The notes under the pieces were generated by a model. That model worked only from the letters and a program-made list of their open reading frames with translations, did not search any database and was not told the origin of the DNA. A DNA stretch of 64,000 bases from Candidatus Latescibacterota bacterium (lineage in GTDB: Bacteria > Latescibacterota > UBA2968): contig OZ241986.1 in assembly GCA_965204375.1 (NCBI GenBank), positions 1,600,001 through 1,664,000 on the forward strand, in the 5' to 3' direction. The translations under genes and the position numbers were made by a program. Of this stretch, positions 30,610-39,742 are shown one piece after another (the first letter of the stretch is position 1; every line of letters starts with the position of its first letter).

Positions 30610-33336
30610 CTAAAAGCCGAAGTTGTATTTGGCATACCAGAACGCGCCACTAAAACCAAATGGGCTGTACTGGCTGTACAAATGGCCAGAACCCTCCCTT
30701 GCAGTTGGATTGATGTCGGGATAGATATCGAGGATGTTCTGAGCGCCAACGGTTATCGTTGAGTGCTCGGCAATGGTATAACTAGCTTCGGCGTCCAGTA
30801 TCCATTCGTCGCCATAAACGTGGTTGTCTTCTTGATCGTACCATGAACTGTAATACCGGAGGCGACCCAGTACCTCAAACATATCGTTCAACGGTTTGAC
30901 CACCGTCAGATTGCCGCGGTGTTTGGGCAAAGCCCCTTGTATTTCTCGAATCCTTTGATCATCCATGGTTGCCGGATTGTGTTTGGTCACTTCGGTATTC
31001 GTAAGGTTATACGCCAGACTCAGTTGACCATCACACCACACCGGAGCCGTGAGAACGACGTCAATACCCTGGGTTTGGGTGTCGAAGTCATTGATGAAAA
31101 ACTTGAAATTGGTAATAAAATTCGCAGCCGTGATACCCGCTTTGAGCAGTTCATCGACCTCTGCTGGGGTCAGGGAGAAATTCTGCGAGAGCGTCAAGCG
31201 TCCCTTCACCAGGATGTGGAAATAGTCAACTGTGATATTGATAGGGGGGATACCGGTATCTACGGGAAAAACGGGAATTTCAAAAACAATACCGGCCGAG
31301 ATATTGGTCGATTTTTCGGGATCGAGCGGCTCACCACCCTTGGATTCTGCTACGGGATTGTTTGACGGAATTGTGCCGTCATTGGTCAAATCACCGATTG
31401 CGGGGTCAAAGATCGTGGATACGTTAAAGGCATTTTGCTGTCCGGGCGTGGGTGCTCTAAAGCCCGTGCTAAAACTGCCGCGCACTTTTGTATTCTCGTT
31501 AAGCCCGTAATTGGTCGCCACTTTGAAGTTGGTCGTGGATCCAAAATCATCGAAGTTTTCAAAGCGCAGCGCTGCACCGATCAGCCAGTTCTCTTGCGGG
31601 TTAAATTCGGCGTCTCCATAAATCGCCCAGTTGGAGCGGCTCCAGGTGCCTGCGGCAATTTCACCAAATCCCGAGAACCCGTTGGACGCGACAGTAAATC
31701 CATACTCTGCCAGCGGGCCTTTTACCCATGATTCTCGTTGCCCCTGCACAATTTCAAAATTTTCTGTGCGGTATTCAAGACCAGCGGCAAAGAAAAACTG
31801 TTCGCTAAACGGATAGGTGATATCAAAGTTGAAATTGGTATCTGTCTGGATATAGGTTCCAGGATCAAAATACGGTGCATCTTCGTGACTGGGATCAACT
31901 TGTGGTCCATTTGGCCAGGGTTGGTTGGGACCCAAAGAGGCATTTACAGTATTGAAGATGAAGTAATCGGCTTCGTTGCGCCCATAAGACGCGCTGAGAT
32001 CCCATGTCATCAGCCCTTGCGTTCCCTTGATACCCGCCAGAAAGGCGCGGTCATCCATAAACGCGCCAAATCGGGGCGTGAAGCCACCGGGAAAGAGTTC
32101 CTGGAATGTGAACCAATCCGAGTTGTCGAAAACGCGTTGTAAGGCTGCTGCATCCGGCTCATGGCAAAATATGCGTACGATGAACTCTTGGGGAATTCTA
32201 AGACCAGTATCTTCGGAAGGTTCGAGAACCTGACTCAGATTGCCGGTGAGTAATGTCGCTGTCAGCGTTCCGTTTACGCCATCGACAATACCGAGTTCAG
32301 CAGCTTTGTCCGGAGAATAATAATTGGTCCCGTCGAACATCAATACGGGGCCTCTAAATACGCCACCTCGCGTATTGGGATTTCGGAAGTAGAAACCACC
32401 TTCAACTTCTTTGCTCGCATAGTTGCCATGTCCGTATATTTTAACATTGTCGTTGATGTTAATACCGTAGTTGACAAAGAGTTTCAGGTCGTCTCTAATG
32501 TAGGGTTGACCCCAAATTTGTGCGGGATCTTCCACCCGGGTATTGCCCACGCGTATCAACCGCGCGGCATCGTCGCGTTGTACGGAACGATCGGTTTCAT
32601 CCTCGTTGCCATATTCCGCACTGATGTTGACCCAGGCATCTGGGGTACCCAGACCGATATTGCCAGCGAAGGCATAGGCGAGACCATCGCCTTGCTGAAA
32701 AATACCGGGTTTGACCTCAAAAGAACCGCCTTTATAATTGTCTTTAAGCTGGAAATTCAACACACCGGCAATGGCGTCAGAGCCGTACTGTGCTGAGGCG
32801 CCATCGCGGAGGACTTCCACGCGCTTGATGGCAATAGAGGGGATAGGAGCTATGTCTGGTCCCTGTGCGCCATCGGCGACACCATTGGTTATCCAGTGAA
32901 TAACGGCGGCGCGGTGGCGGCGCTTGTTATTGATGAGGACCAGCGTGTGGTCTGGAGCCAGACCCCGCATGCTGGGCGGACGCACAACGGTTGAGGCATC
33001 GCTAATCGGGTTCGTATTCACGTTGTATGAGGGCACCATATCTCTCAGAAGATTTTGTACATCCGTGTCGCCTTGCTTGACAAAATCTTCGCCCGTGACG
33101 ACATCGATGGGCACAGCAGACTCGGCGACAGAACGCGGTTGTGCGCGTGAACCAATAACCACCAATTCTTCGAGTATGACCACTTCTTCAAGTATGTCTG
33201 TAAGTGGGGGTAAGGCAGTTGTATCCGCGGTTTCTGTACGGGGCTTTTCCTCTTCCTGTGATATGGCAGAGCCACTCATTGCAAGCAGGGCGACGAGGCC
33301 AAGCGCGAGAGACTTAAAATGAAACTTGTGCAACAT
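30610..33336 (-). CDS. TonB-dependent receptor (paralogue of 27755-30421)
   Basis: Same plug motif, near-identical N-terminus, C-terminal Phe. Confidence 0.92.
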   Translation of the reverse strand: MLHKFHFKSLALGLVALLAMSGSAISQEEEKPRTETADTTALPPLTDILEEVVILEELVVIGSRAQPRSVAESAVPIDVVTGEDFVKQGDTDVQNLLRDMVPSYNVNTNPISDASTVVRPPSMRGLAPDHTLVLINNKRRHRAAVIHWITNGVADGAQGPDIAPIPSIAIKRVEVLRDGASAQYGSDAIAGVLNFQLKDNYKGGSFEVKPGIFQQGDGLAYAFAGNIGLGTPDAWVNISAEYGNEDETDRSVQRDDAARLIRVGNTRVEDPAQIWGQPYIRDDLKLFVNYGININDNVKIYGHGNYASKEVEGGFYFRNPNTRGGVFRGPVLMFDGTNYYSPDKAAELGIVDGVNGTLTATLLTGNLSQVLEPSEDTGLRIPQEFIVRIFCHEPDAAALQRVFDNSDWFTFQELFPGGFTPRFGAFMDDRAFLAGIKGTQGLMTWDLSASYGRNEADYFIFNTVNASLGPNQPWPNGPQVDPSHEDAPYFDPGTYIQTDTNFNFDITYPFSEQFFFAAGLEYRTENFEIVQGQRESWVKGPLAEYGFTVASNGFSGFGEIAAGTWSRSNWAIYGDAEFNPQENWLIGAALRFENFDDFGSTTNFKVATNYGLNENTKVRGSFSTGFRAPTPGQQNAFNVSTIFDPAIGDLTNDGTIPSNNPVAESKGGEPLDPEKSTNISAGIVFEIPVFPVDTGIPPINITVDYFHILVKGRLTLSQNFSLTPAEVDELLKAGITAANFITNFKFFINDFDTQTQGIDVVLTAPVWCDGQLSLAYNLTNTEVTKHNPATMDDQRIREIQGALPKHRGNLTVVKPLNDMFEVLGRLRYYSSWYDQEDNHVYGDEWILDAEASYTIAEHSTITVGAQNILDIYPDINPTAREGSGHLYSQYSPFGFSGAFWYAKYNFGF

Positions 33337-33414
33337 AGCGAAACTCCTTTGCGTTGAAAACGAGGGAGAATGGCAGTTTTGGACTTTAAGCAGTCCAGCG
33401 GTCCTATTTGTATA

Positions 33415-33443
33415 AAAATAACCTTACTGATACAATTCGTCAA
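33415..33443 (-). promoter_or_regulatory. Putative sigma70 promoter of TBDR 2
   Basis: TTGACG-17 bp-TATTTT. Confidence 0.6.
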
Positions 33444-33603
33444 CTTATATCTGCTATGTGTCAAAACCTGCCTGGGAGAATTTTAAGGTATCAAACAAAC
33501 GTATGTATCTGCTAATTTGCAATTAAGAGCTTATTTATTTATATTTCTGAATTCGTGTATTGAGGCGAAAGATCCACCAGATTCACCTGAAGGAGGTTGT
33601 GTT

Positions 33604-33765
33604 TTGAAGTCCAGTTACGTAAATAAAGATCTTGAGGAAACCAGACGTTTACTTACGCAGGTGAGGCAGGGGGGCAAGCGAAGCAAAAAGGCGCGTAAGA
33701 AATTAGAGGCCAAAGGCATCAGATATTATACATCTGAAGAAGCCGAAAGTCTCGGTATTGAATAA
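33604..33765 (+). CDS. Small basic hypothetical protein (53 aa, TTG start)
   Basis: SD GAAGGAGG upstream of TTG; hairpin follows stop. Confidence 0.5.
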   Translation: MKSSYVNKDLEETRRLLTQVRQGGKRSKKARKKLEAKGIRYYTSEEAESLGIE

Positions 33766-33802
33766 AAAAGAAAGGCCTGCAAAAGCGGCCTTCTTTCTTT
33801 TT

Positions 33803-34408
33803 ATGAACTGCTCTGGAATCATCCTAACAGGTGGCGAAAGCAGGCGAATGGGGAAGCCCAAGTGCAGCTTGCCCTTTGGCGATGAAACCCTGCTTCAGCG
33901 AAGTGTCAGAAATCTGAGGGGCGTTGTTTGTCCCATTGCGGTCGTGGGTGCGCCCGGACAAAACTCGCCAGACATCCCCCATGTTTTATCTATATATGAT
34001 CCCGTTGCCAATCAAGGTCCGTTAATGGGACTCATGACAGGATTAAAACATGTTGAAGGCGTCTCTGAATGGGCATTGGGAACAGGTTGCGACATGCCAT
34101 TTATCAGTAACGAATTGATCCAATGCCTCAAATCGCACAGGACAACAGATTCAGAGATCGTCATTCCTTTCATAAATGAACATTTTTATCCTTTGTGCGC
34201 GCTTTATCGAACTGCTCTGTGGCGAAAGGCCAACACACTACTCGAAAAAGGGGAACGACGGCTTTTGACATTGGTTGATGTATGCCGCGTTCAGACCGTT
34301 GAACAAGACGCACTCGCACGGATTGACCCCAATCTTCGATTTCTGATGAATATCAATACGCCTCAATGTTATCAAAGTGCTCTTGAATTGGCTGGTTTGC
34401 GGCAGTGA
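33803..34408 (+). CDS. mobA: Molybdenum cofactor guanylyltransferase
   Basis: ILTGGESRRMG.PK, GPLMG, CDMPF, PLCALY, NINTP. Confidence 0.88.
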   Translation: MNCSGIILTGGESRRMGKPKCSLPFGDETLLQRSVRNLRGVVCPIAVVGAPGQNSPDIPHVLSIYDPVANQGPLMGLMTGLKHVEGVSEWALGTGCDMPFISNELIQCLKSHRTTDSEIVIPFINEHFYPLCALYRTALWRKANTLLEKGERRLLTLVDVCRVQTVEQDALARIDPNLRFLMNINTPQCYQSALELAGLRQ

Positions 34409-34499
34409 GGTTAGGCGGATAGCTGACCGCTGTTGACGACATTCTTTTTTCGCTTATATTGCCGCGTATCCATTTACTCATCACCAAGGAGTTATCACA

Positions 34500-34802
34500 A
34501 TGGCTATTGAAGACAAAACCCTGCTGACCGAAGATGAGATTCGCGCAGAGGTTGCTGATCTCGAAGGGTGGAAATATTTGGAAGACACAAAAGAATTGCA
34601 ACGCGTTTGGCATTTTGAGAAATTTGTGCCGACTATGGCTTTTGTACGCAGGCTGACAGAGATTATGGATGAAAATAATCACCATTCGGATATCAGCCTC
34701 AACAGCCGAACAAAAACCCTCACAGTGACGGTGACGACCCACAGCGAAAATGCTGTTACCCGCGCAGATCTCGACTTTGCCGGAGCGGTAAATAGAGGGT
34801 AA
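34500..34802 (+). CDS. phhB: Pterin-4-alpha-carbinolamine dehydratase
   Basis: NHHSDI, TTHS..VT..D motifs. Confidence 0.85.
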   Translation: MAIEDKTLLTEDEIRAEVADLEGWKYLEDTKELQRVWHFEKFVPTMAFVRRLTEIMDENNHHSDISLNSRTKTLTVTVTTHSENAVTRADLDFAGAVNRG

Positions 34803-34833
34803 AGTTCAGCAAAACAAGCAATTTGGAGGTGGG

Positions 34834-36186
34834 ATGAAGGTGAATGTCAATATTCAGCCTGGCGATCTAAAAGTCAGGCTGAATCGTTTTTTTCAACTGG
34901 CTGCACAGAAAATTCGCAGTATCGATTCGACGTGGGATCCAGGCCAGGGGACGCCGGTATTTACAGCAGGGGGCAAATACACCACGCGCGGGTGGACCGA
35001 ATGGACGCAGGGATTTCAATTTGGATGCGCCATTCTGGGATATGAAATTACGGGAGATAAAGACCTGCTACAGATTGGGCGCAAGGGCACGCTCGATCGC
35101 ATGGCGTCTCATGTGACGCATACAGGAGTACACGATCACGGTTTTAACAATGTATCGACCTATGGCAATTTGCGACGATTGATGCGAGAAGGTATAATTC
35201 CCGAAAATGAATGGGAGCAGCATTTTTATGAACTCGCGCTCAAAGCATCTGGCGCTGTTCAGGCTGCTCGCTGGACGACTATTGGCGATGGGAAAGGGTA
35301 TATTCATTCATTTAATGGACCACACTCCCTGTTTTCAGACACGATCAGGTCATGTCGCGCATTGGCTGTGGCACACGATCTCGGTCACGTTTTGATGGGG
35401 GAGAATGATCTCGCAATTTCGTTGCTCGAGCGCTTAATTCATCACGCCGAGACGACCGCGCAGTTCAATGTGTATTACGGCGAGGGGCGCGATCGATACG
35501 ATGTGCGGGGACGGGTTGTACACGAGTCCATTTTTAATGTCAACGACGGCAATTACCGCTGCCCGAGTACGCAGCAGGGTTATTCACCGTTTTCGACGTG
35601 GACCCGGGGATTGGCCTGGATCGTGACGGGCTATGCCGAATTGCTCGAATATGTAGAGCACCTGTCAGATGACGCGCTCGATTTTTATGGTGGTAGGGAT
35701 GCGATCAATGGCTGGATGCTCAAGGCGGCCTGTGCAACGGCAGATTATTATATCGACAGTATCACATCTACCGATGGTATTCCGTTATGGGATGCGGGTG
35801 CGCCGGGCTTGGTTGAGGGTTATGGCGATAAAATATCGGATCCTTATAATACAAGCGAACCCGTAGATAGTTCTGCTGCTGCCATTGCAGCGCAAGGGCT
35901 TTACCGTTTGGGCAAATATATGGACGATGCGCGTTACCGGCAGGCTGCATTAACCGTGGCCCATACGTTATTTGATGCGCCCTATTTGTCCGAGGCCGAG
36001 GAGCACCAGGGTCTTATTCTCCATTCTATTTATCACAATCCCAATGGGTGGGACTATGTGCCCAGTGGGCAAAAAGTCGCCTGCGGCGAGTCTTCGATGT
36101 GGGGAGATTATCACGCGATGGAATTGGCTGTTTTGCTCCAGCGGGAGATGGATAACGCGCCGTATCTGACGTTTTTTGATCAATGA
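34834..36186 (+). CDS. Glycoside hydrolase family 88-like protein
   Basis: WTQGF, HDHGF, QGY...STWTRGLAW, DSSAAAIAA, WGDY. Confidence 0.75.
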   Translation: MKVNVNIQPGDLKVRLNRFFQLAAQKIRSIDSTWDPGQGTPVFTAGGKYTTRGWTEWTQGFQFGCAILGYEITGDKDLLQIGRKGTLDRMASHVTHTGVHDHGFNNVSTYGNLRRLMREGIIPENEWEQHFYELALKASGAVQAARWTTIGDGKGYIHSFNGPHSLFSDTIRSCRALAVAHDLGHVLMGENDLAISLLERLIHHAETTAQFNVYYGEGRDRYDVRGRVVHESIFNVNDGNYRCPSTQQGYSPFSTWTRGLAWIVTGYAELLEYVEHLSDDALDFYGGRDAINGWMLKAACATADYYIDSITSTDGIPLWDAGAPGLVEGYGDKISDPYNTSEPVDSSAAAIAAQGLYRLGKYMDDARYRQAALTVAHTLFDAPYLSEAEEHQGLILHSIYHNPNGWDYVPSGQKVACGESSMWGDYHAMELAVLLQREMDNAPYLTFFDQ

Positions 36187-36962
36187 ATAAAGTCATTGCC
36201 TTGATAATCGGCCTCTTATTCGCTGGATTCGCGTCTCAAAGTGGAGCCGAGACATTTGATTATGCACCGCTCAACCGCACGCTCGGTCGCGTTGTAAATG
36301 CACAGGGGCGCGTGGATTACGAGGCCGTAAAAACAGATGCGGATTTGCAGGCTTTTGTAGATCAACTCGCGCAGATCAGTCCCGATACGCATCCCGAGTT
36401 TTTTCCCAGCCGCGCAGACAGCCTTGCCTTTTGGATCAATGCGTACAACGCCTGTGTACTTGCAGGGGTCTCAAAAGCCTATCCCATTTCTTCTGTCACA
36501 GAAATCGCGCCTGCTTTTGGCTTTTTTAAAATATATCGATTTGTCGTTGGCGAGCGTCGGCTCACATTGGACCAAATCGAGCACGAGATTATTCGCAAGC
36601 AGTTTGCCGATCCGCGCATTCACGCAGCAATCAATTGCGCGGCAGTGAGTTGTCCGCGTTTGCTAAACGAAGCATTTATACCCGATAAATTGGATGATCA
36701 GCTCAATTCGGTTATGCAAGATATGATTCGCAGCCCAATGCACGTTCAGATCCATCGAGAGACGAGGGTTGTGAGTCTATCTGCGATTTTTAATTGGTTT
36801 TCCTCTGATTTTACGTCTTATGTGCAAGCGCATGAGGCAGGTGAGACTGTGTTGGATTATGTCGCCCTTTTTTTGTCGCAAAACGATATCCTGTATTTTA
36901 AAAATCACCCCGATCTTCAAATTGTGTTTTTAGATTACGATTGGTCTTTGAATAATCAGTGA
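36183..36962 (+). CDS. DUF547-family exported protein
   Basis: LAFWINAYNA, TLDQIEH, DPRIHAAINCAAVSCP, YDWSLN. Confidence 0.88.
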   Translation: MNKVIALIIGLLFAGFASQSGAETFDYAPLNRTLGRVVNAQGRVDYEAVKTDADLQAFVDQLAQISPDTHPEFFPSRADSLAFWINAYNACVLAGVSKAYPISSVTEIAPAFGFFKIYRFVVGERRLTLDQIEHEIIRKQFADPRIHAAINCAAVSCPRLLNEAFIPDKLDDQLNSVMQDMIRSPMHVQIHRETRVVSLSAIFNWFSSDFTSYVQAHEAGETVLDYVALFLSQNDILYFKNHPDLQIVFLDYDWSLNNQ

Positions 36963-36964
36963 AA

Positions 36965-38662
36965 ATGAGTATCTCAGATATACAAGTATCTTTGGGCGCG
37001 TTTCAGTCAGCAGTTGATCGCGCTTTGAAAACATGGTCGAAAAATGGCAATACAGCGCGGCTGTGGCGCGGCGATGCCACACTCTGGTCGGGGACGGATG
37101 AGTCCAATTGGTTGGGATGGCTTAATATCGCACCTCAAATACGCGATCGTGCAGACGCCCTATGCGCTTTTACACAGCAGGTGCGCGATAGGGGAATAAC
37201 GGATATCCTGCTTTTGGGAATGGGCGGTAGCAGTTTGTGCCCCGAAGTGCTGGCGATGACTTTTGGCTGTCGGGAGGGTTGGCCCAGGTTGCTTGTGCTG
37301 GACTCTACGGTTCCCGCGCAGGTGCAGCGGTTCGCCGATGCTGTAAATTTAGAAACGTCCCTTTGCGTTGTCGCCAGCAAATCTGGAACCACAACCGAAC
37401 CCCACGCATTTTGCGAGTTCTTCTGGAAAAAAATGCAGGGAGCAATTGGGGATGCGGCGAGGCAGCACTTTATCGCCATTACAGATCCTGGCTCTGACCT
37501 GGAAGCGCTTGCCAGAGAGCGAAATTTTCTGTCTGTTTTCTATGGTTTGCCAGAGATTGGCGGCAGGTTTTCAGCGCTTTCAAATTTTGGGATGGTGCCC
37601 GCAGCATTGATCGGCATCGATGTGCGAGAATTTTTAGAACGCGCAGTGGCGATGGGAAATCGATGCAAGGCATTGGACGAGCAGAATCCCGGTCTCTTGT
37701 TGGGCCTTATTCTGGGTGAGTTGGCAAAAGCAGGGCGAGACAAAGTGACGCTTGTAACCTCTCCCAAACTGTGGGATTTGGGTGCGTGGCTGGAGCAACT
37801 TTTAGCCGAAAGTACTGGGAAAAATGGTCGGGGTCTCATACCTGTTGATTTAGAAGAGATTGCCACGCCCGATATGTACGGTGAAGATAGGATCTTTGTC
37901 TATATCCGACTAAAAGACGAGGCAGACCCTGAACAGGATGCAAGTATAGAAAATCTGCGTGCGGCTGATTTCCCAGTTATTCAGATTGATATGGCAGATC
38001 TATTAGACCTGGGGGCAGAATTTTTCCGGTGGGAATACGCAACCGCGGTCGCTGGCGCGGTTTTGAATATCAATCCCTTTGACCAACCCAATGTACAGGA
38101 GAGCAAAGATTTTACGGCGGAATTGACGCAGGCTTATGAAAAAGAGGGAACATTACCGGCTCAAACGCCGTTTTTTATTGATGAGGATGTCCTGGTTTAC
38201 GCCGATGTAGCCAACTCGCAGGCGTTGGGAAAAATTGAATATCTCGATAGTTGTATTGCTGGACTGCTCAATCAGATTCGGGCGGGCGATTATGTCGCTT
38301 TGTGCGCTTATCTCGACATGAATGAAGATAATATCACCGCTTTACAGGCTCTGAGACATCGGATACGCAATGTATATCGAGTAGCTACCACATTAGGATT
38401 TGGTCCGCGGTTCTTGCATTCTACAGGGCAATTGCACAAGGGGGGACCGAACCAGGTGGTAGTTGTGCAACTGACAAGCGAAGATGCAGTAGATGTGGAT
38501 ATTCCAGGGCGAGCGTTCTCTTTCGGCGTGCTCAAGCAAGCACAGGCTCTGGGCGATGCCCACGCTCTTTCGAGTCGAAAAAGACGGGCGATTCGCATTC
38601 ATTTTAAAAAAGATATAATTGCTGGCATACATCGGGTGAAGCAAGCGGTTAGAGAGGATTGA
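36965..38662 (+). CDS. pgi: Glucose-6-phosphate isomerase (type found in Tal/Pgi fusions, here stand-alone)
   Basis: GMGGSSL, SKSGTT, IGGRFSALS, EQLLAESTGK, NPFDQPNVQESK, HSTGQLHKGG. Confidence 0.85.
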   Translation: MSISDIQVSLGAFQSAVDRALKTWSKNGNTARLWRGDATLWSGTDESNWLGWLNIAPQIRDRADALCAFTQQVRDRGITDILLLGMGGSSLCPEVLAMTFGCREGWPRLLVLDSTVPAQVQRFADAVNLETSLCVVASKSGTTTEPHAFCEFFWKKMQGAIGDAARQHFIAITDPGSDLEALARERNFLSVFYGLPEIGGRFSALSNFGMVPAALIGIDVREFLERAVAMGNRCKALDEQNPGLLLGLILGELAKAGRDKVTLVTSPKLWDLGAWLEQLLAESTGKNGRGLIPVDLEEIATPDMYGEDRIFVYIRLKDEADPEQDASIENLRAADFPVIQIDMADLLDLGAEFFRWEYATAVAGAVLNINPFDQPNVQESKDFTAELTQAYEKEGTLPAQTPFFIDEDVLVYADVANSQALGKIEYLDSCIAGLLNQIRAGDYVALCAYLDMNEDNITALQALRHRIRNVYRVATTLGFGPRFLHSTGQLHKGGPNQVVVVQLTSEDAVDVDIPGRAFSFGVLKQAQALGDAHALSSRKRRAIRIHFKKDIIAGIHRVKQAVRED

Positions 38663-38664
38663 AT

Positions 38665-39663
38665 ATGGCACTGGCAGCAATGGATTTGATGCAAATTGTG
38701 GGCGACGATCACAAGACCGATTTTGCGAGCAAACTTCGCGCTGAACAACTGGAACTCACGCGCAATCGATTGGATATTTTGCAGGTCAATGTCGGCAAGT
38801 TGTGCAATCAAGCCTGTCACCACTGTCATGTAGATGCCAGTCCGATCCGCACAGAGATTATGACCCGAGAAACCATTGACCGTATTCTATCATTTCTCGA
38901 AACATCCGATATTCAGACGGTTGACATAACGGGTGGCGCACCTGAGTTAATTCCAGATTTTCGCTATTTTGTCGCACAAATACGCGAGCAGAGCCGTCGC
39001 GTGATGGTGCGCTGCAATTTAACCGTGATCTTTGAACCCGGACAAGAAGACTTACCTGAGTTTTATCGCGAGCACGAAGTTGAATTGGTGTGTTCGCTGC
39101 CGTGTTATCTCGAAGAAAATGTGGATGAACAACGCGGGCGCGGTGTCTTCACGAAAAGCATACGGGCATTGCAGATTCTCAATGAAATTGGATACGGACG
39201 CCCCGACACGGGGTTGGAACTCCACCTGGTCTATAATCCCGTTGGCGCGTCTTTACCCCCTCCTCAGGTTGAACTCGAAGCCGATTATAAGGAAGAACTA
39301 AAAGCCCGTTACAATATTGATTTTAATAAGCTCTACACCATTACCAATATGCCCATTAGTCGGTTTGAAGAATTTCTAAAACGCCGGGGCATATACGACA
39401 GCTATATGCAGACTTTACAGGATAATTTTAATCCACATACGATCGCTAATTTGATGTGTCGCTCTCTAATTAGCGTTGGATGGCAGGGTGAGGTTTACGA
39501 TTGTGACTTTAATCAAATGCTCGATATGTATTCTTTTGGGCGCGAAGTCAAACTCTGGGAACTGACCGTTGAAGACCTGATCGGATGCAATGTGCGGGTG
39601 CGAGACCACTGCTTTGGATGCACTGCGGGTGCGGGAAGCAGTTGTGGGGGAGAGCTTGTTTAG
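38665..39663 (+). CDS. Radical SAM protein, ArsS/DUF3641 family
   Basis: CNQACHHCH, DITGGAPE, YDCDFNQML, C-terminal HCFGCTAGAGSSCGG. Confidence 0.85.
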   Translation: MALAAMDLMQIVGDDHKTDFASKLRAEQLELTRNRLDILQVNVGKLCNQACHHCHVDASPIRTEIMTRETIDRILSFLETSDIQTVDITGGAPELIPDFRYFVAQIREQSRRVMVRCNLTVIFEPGQEDLPEFYREHEVELVCSLPCYLEENVDEQRGRGVFTKSIRALQILNEIGYGRPDTGLELHLVYNPVGASLPPPQVELEADYKEELKARYNIDFNKLYTITNMPISRFEEFLKRRGIYDSYMQTLQDNFNPHTIANLMCRSLISVGWQGEVYDCDFNQMLDMYSFGREVKLWELTVEDLIGCNVRVRDHCFGCTAGAGSSCGGELV

Positions 39664-39670
39664 AAGTGTA

Positions 39671-39705
39671 ATCCGCAGATGACGCAGATGAAACGCAGAT
39701 GAAAC
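39671..39705 (+). repeat. CGCAGAT-type repeat (3 units)
   Basis: ATCCGCAGATGACGCAGATGAAACGCAGATGAAAC, 7 nt after the stop codon. Confidence 0.7.
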
Positions 39706-39742
39706 TCAATCGCTGCAAGAGGGCACCGAGATAGGTGCCTTT

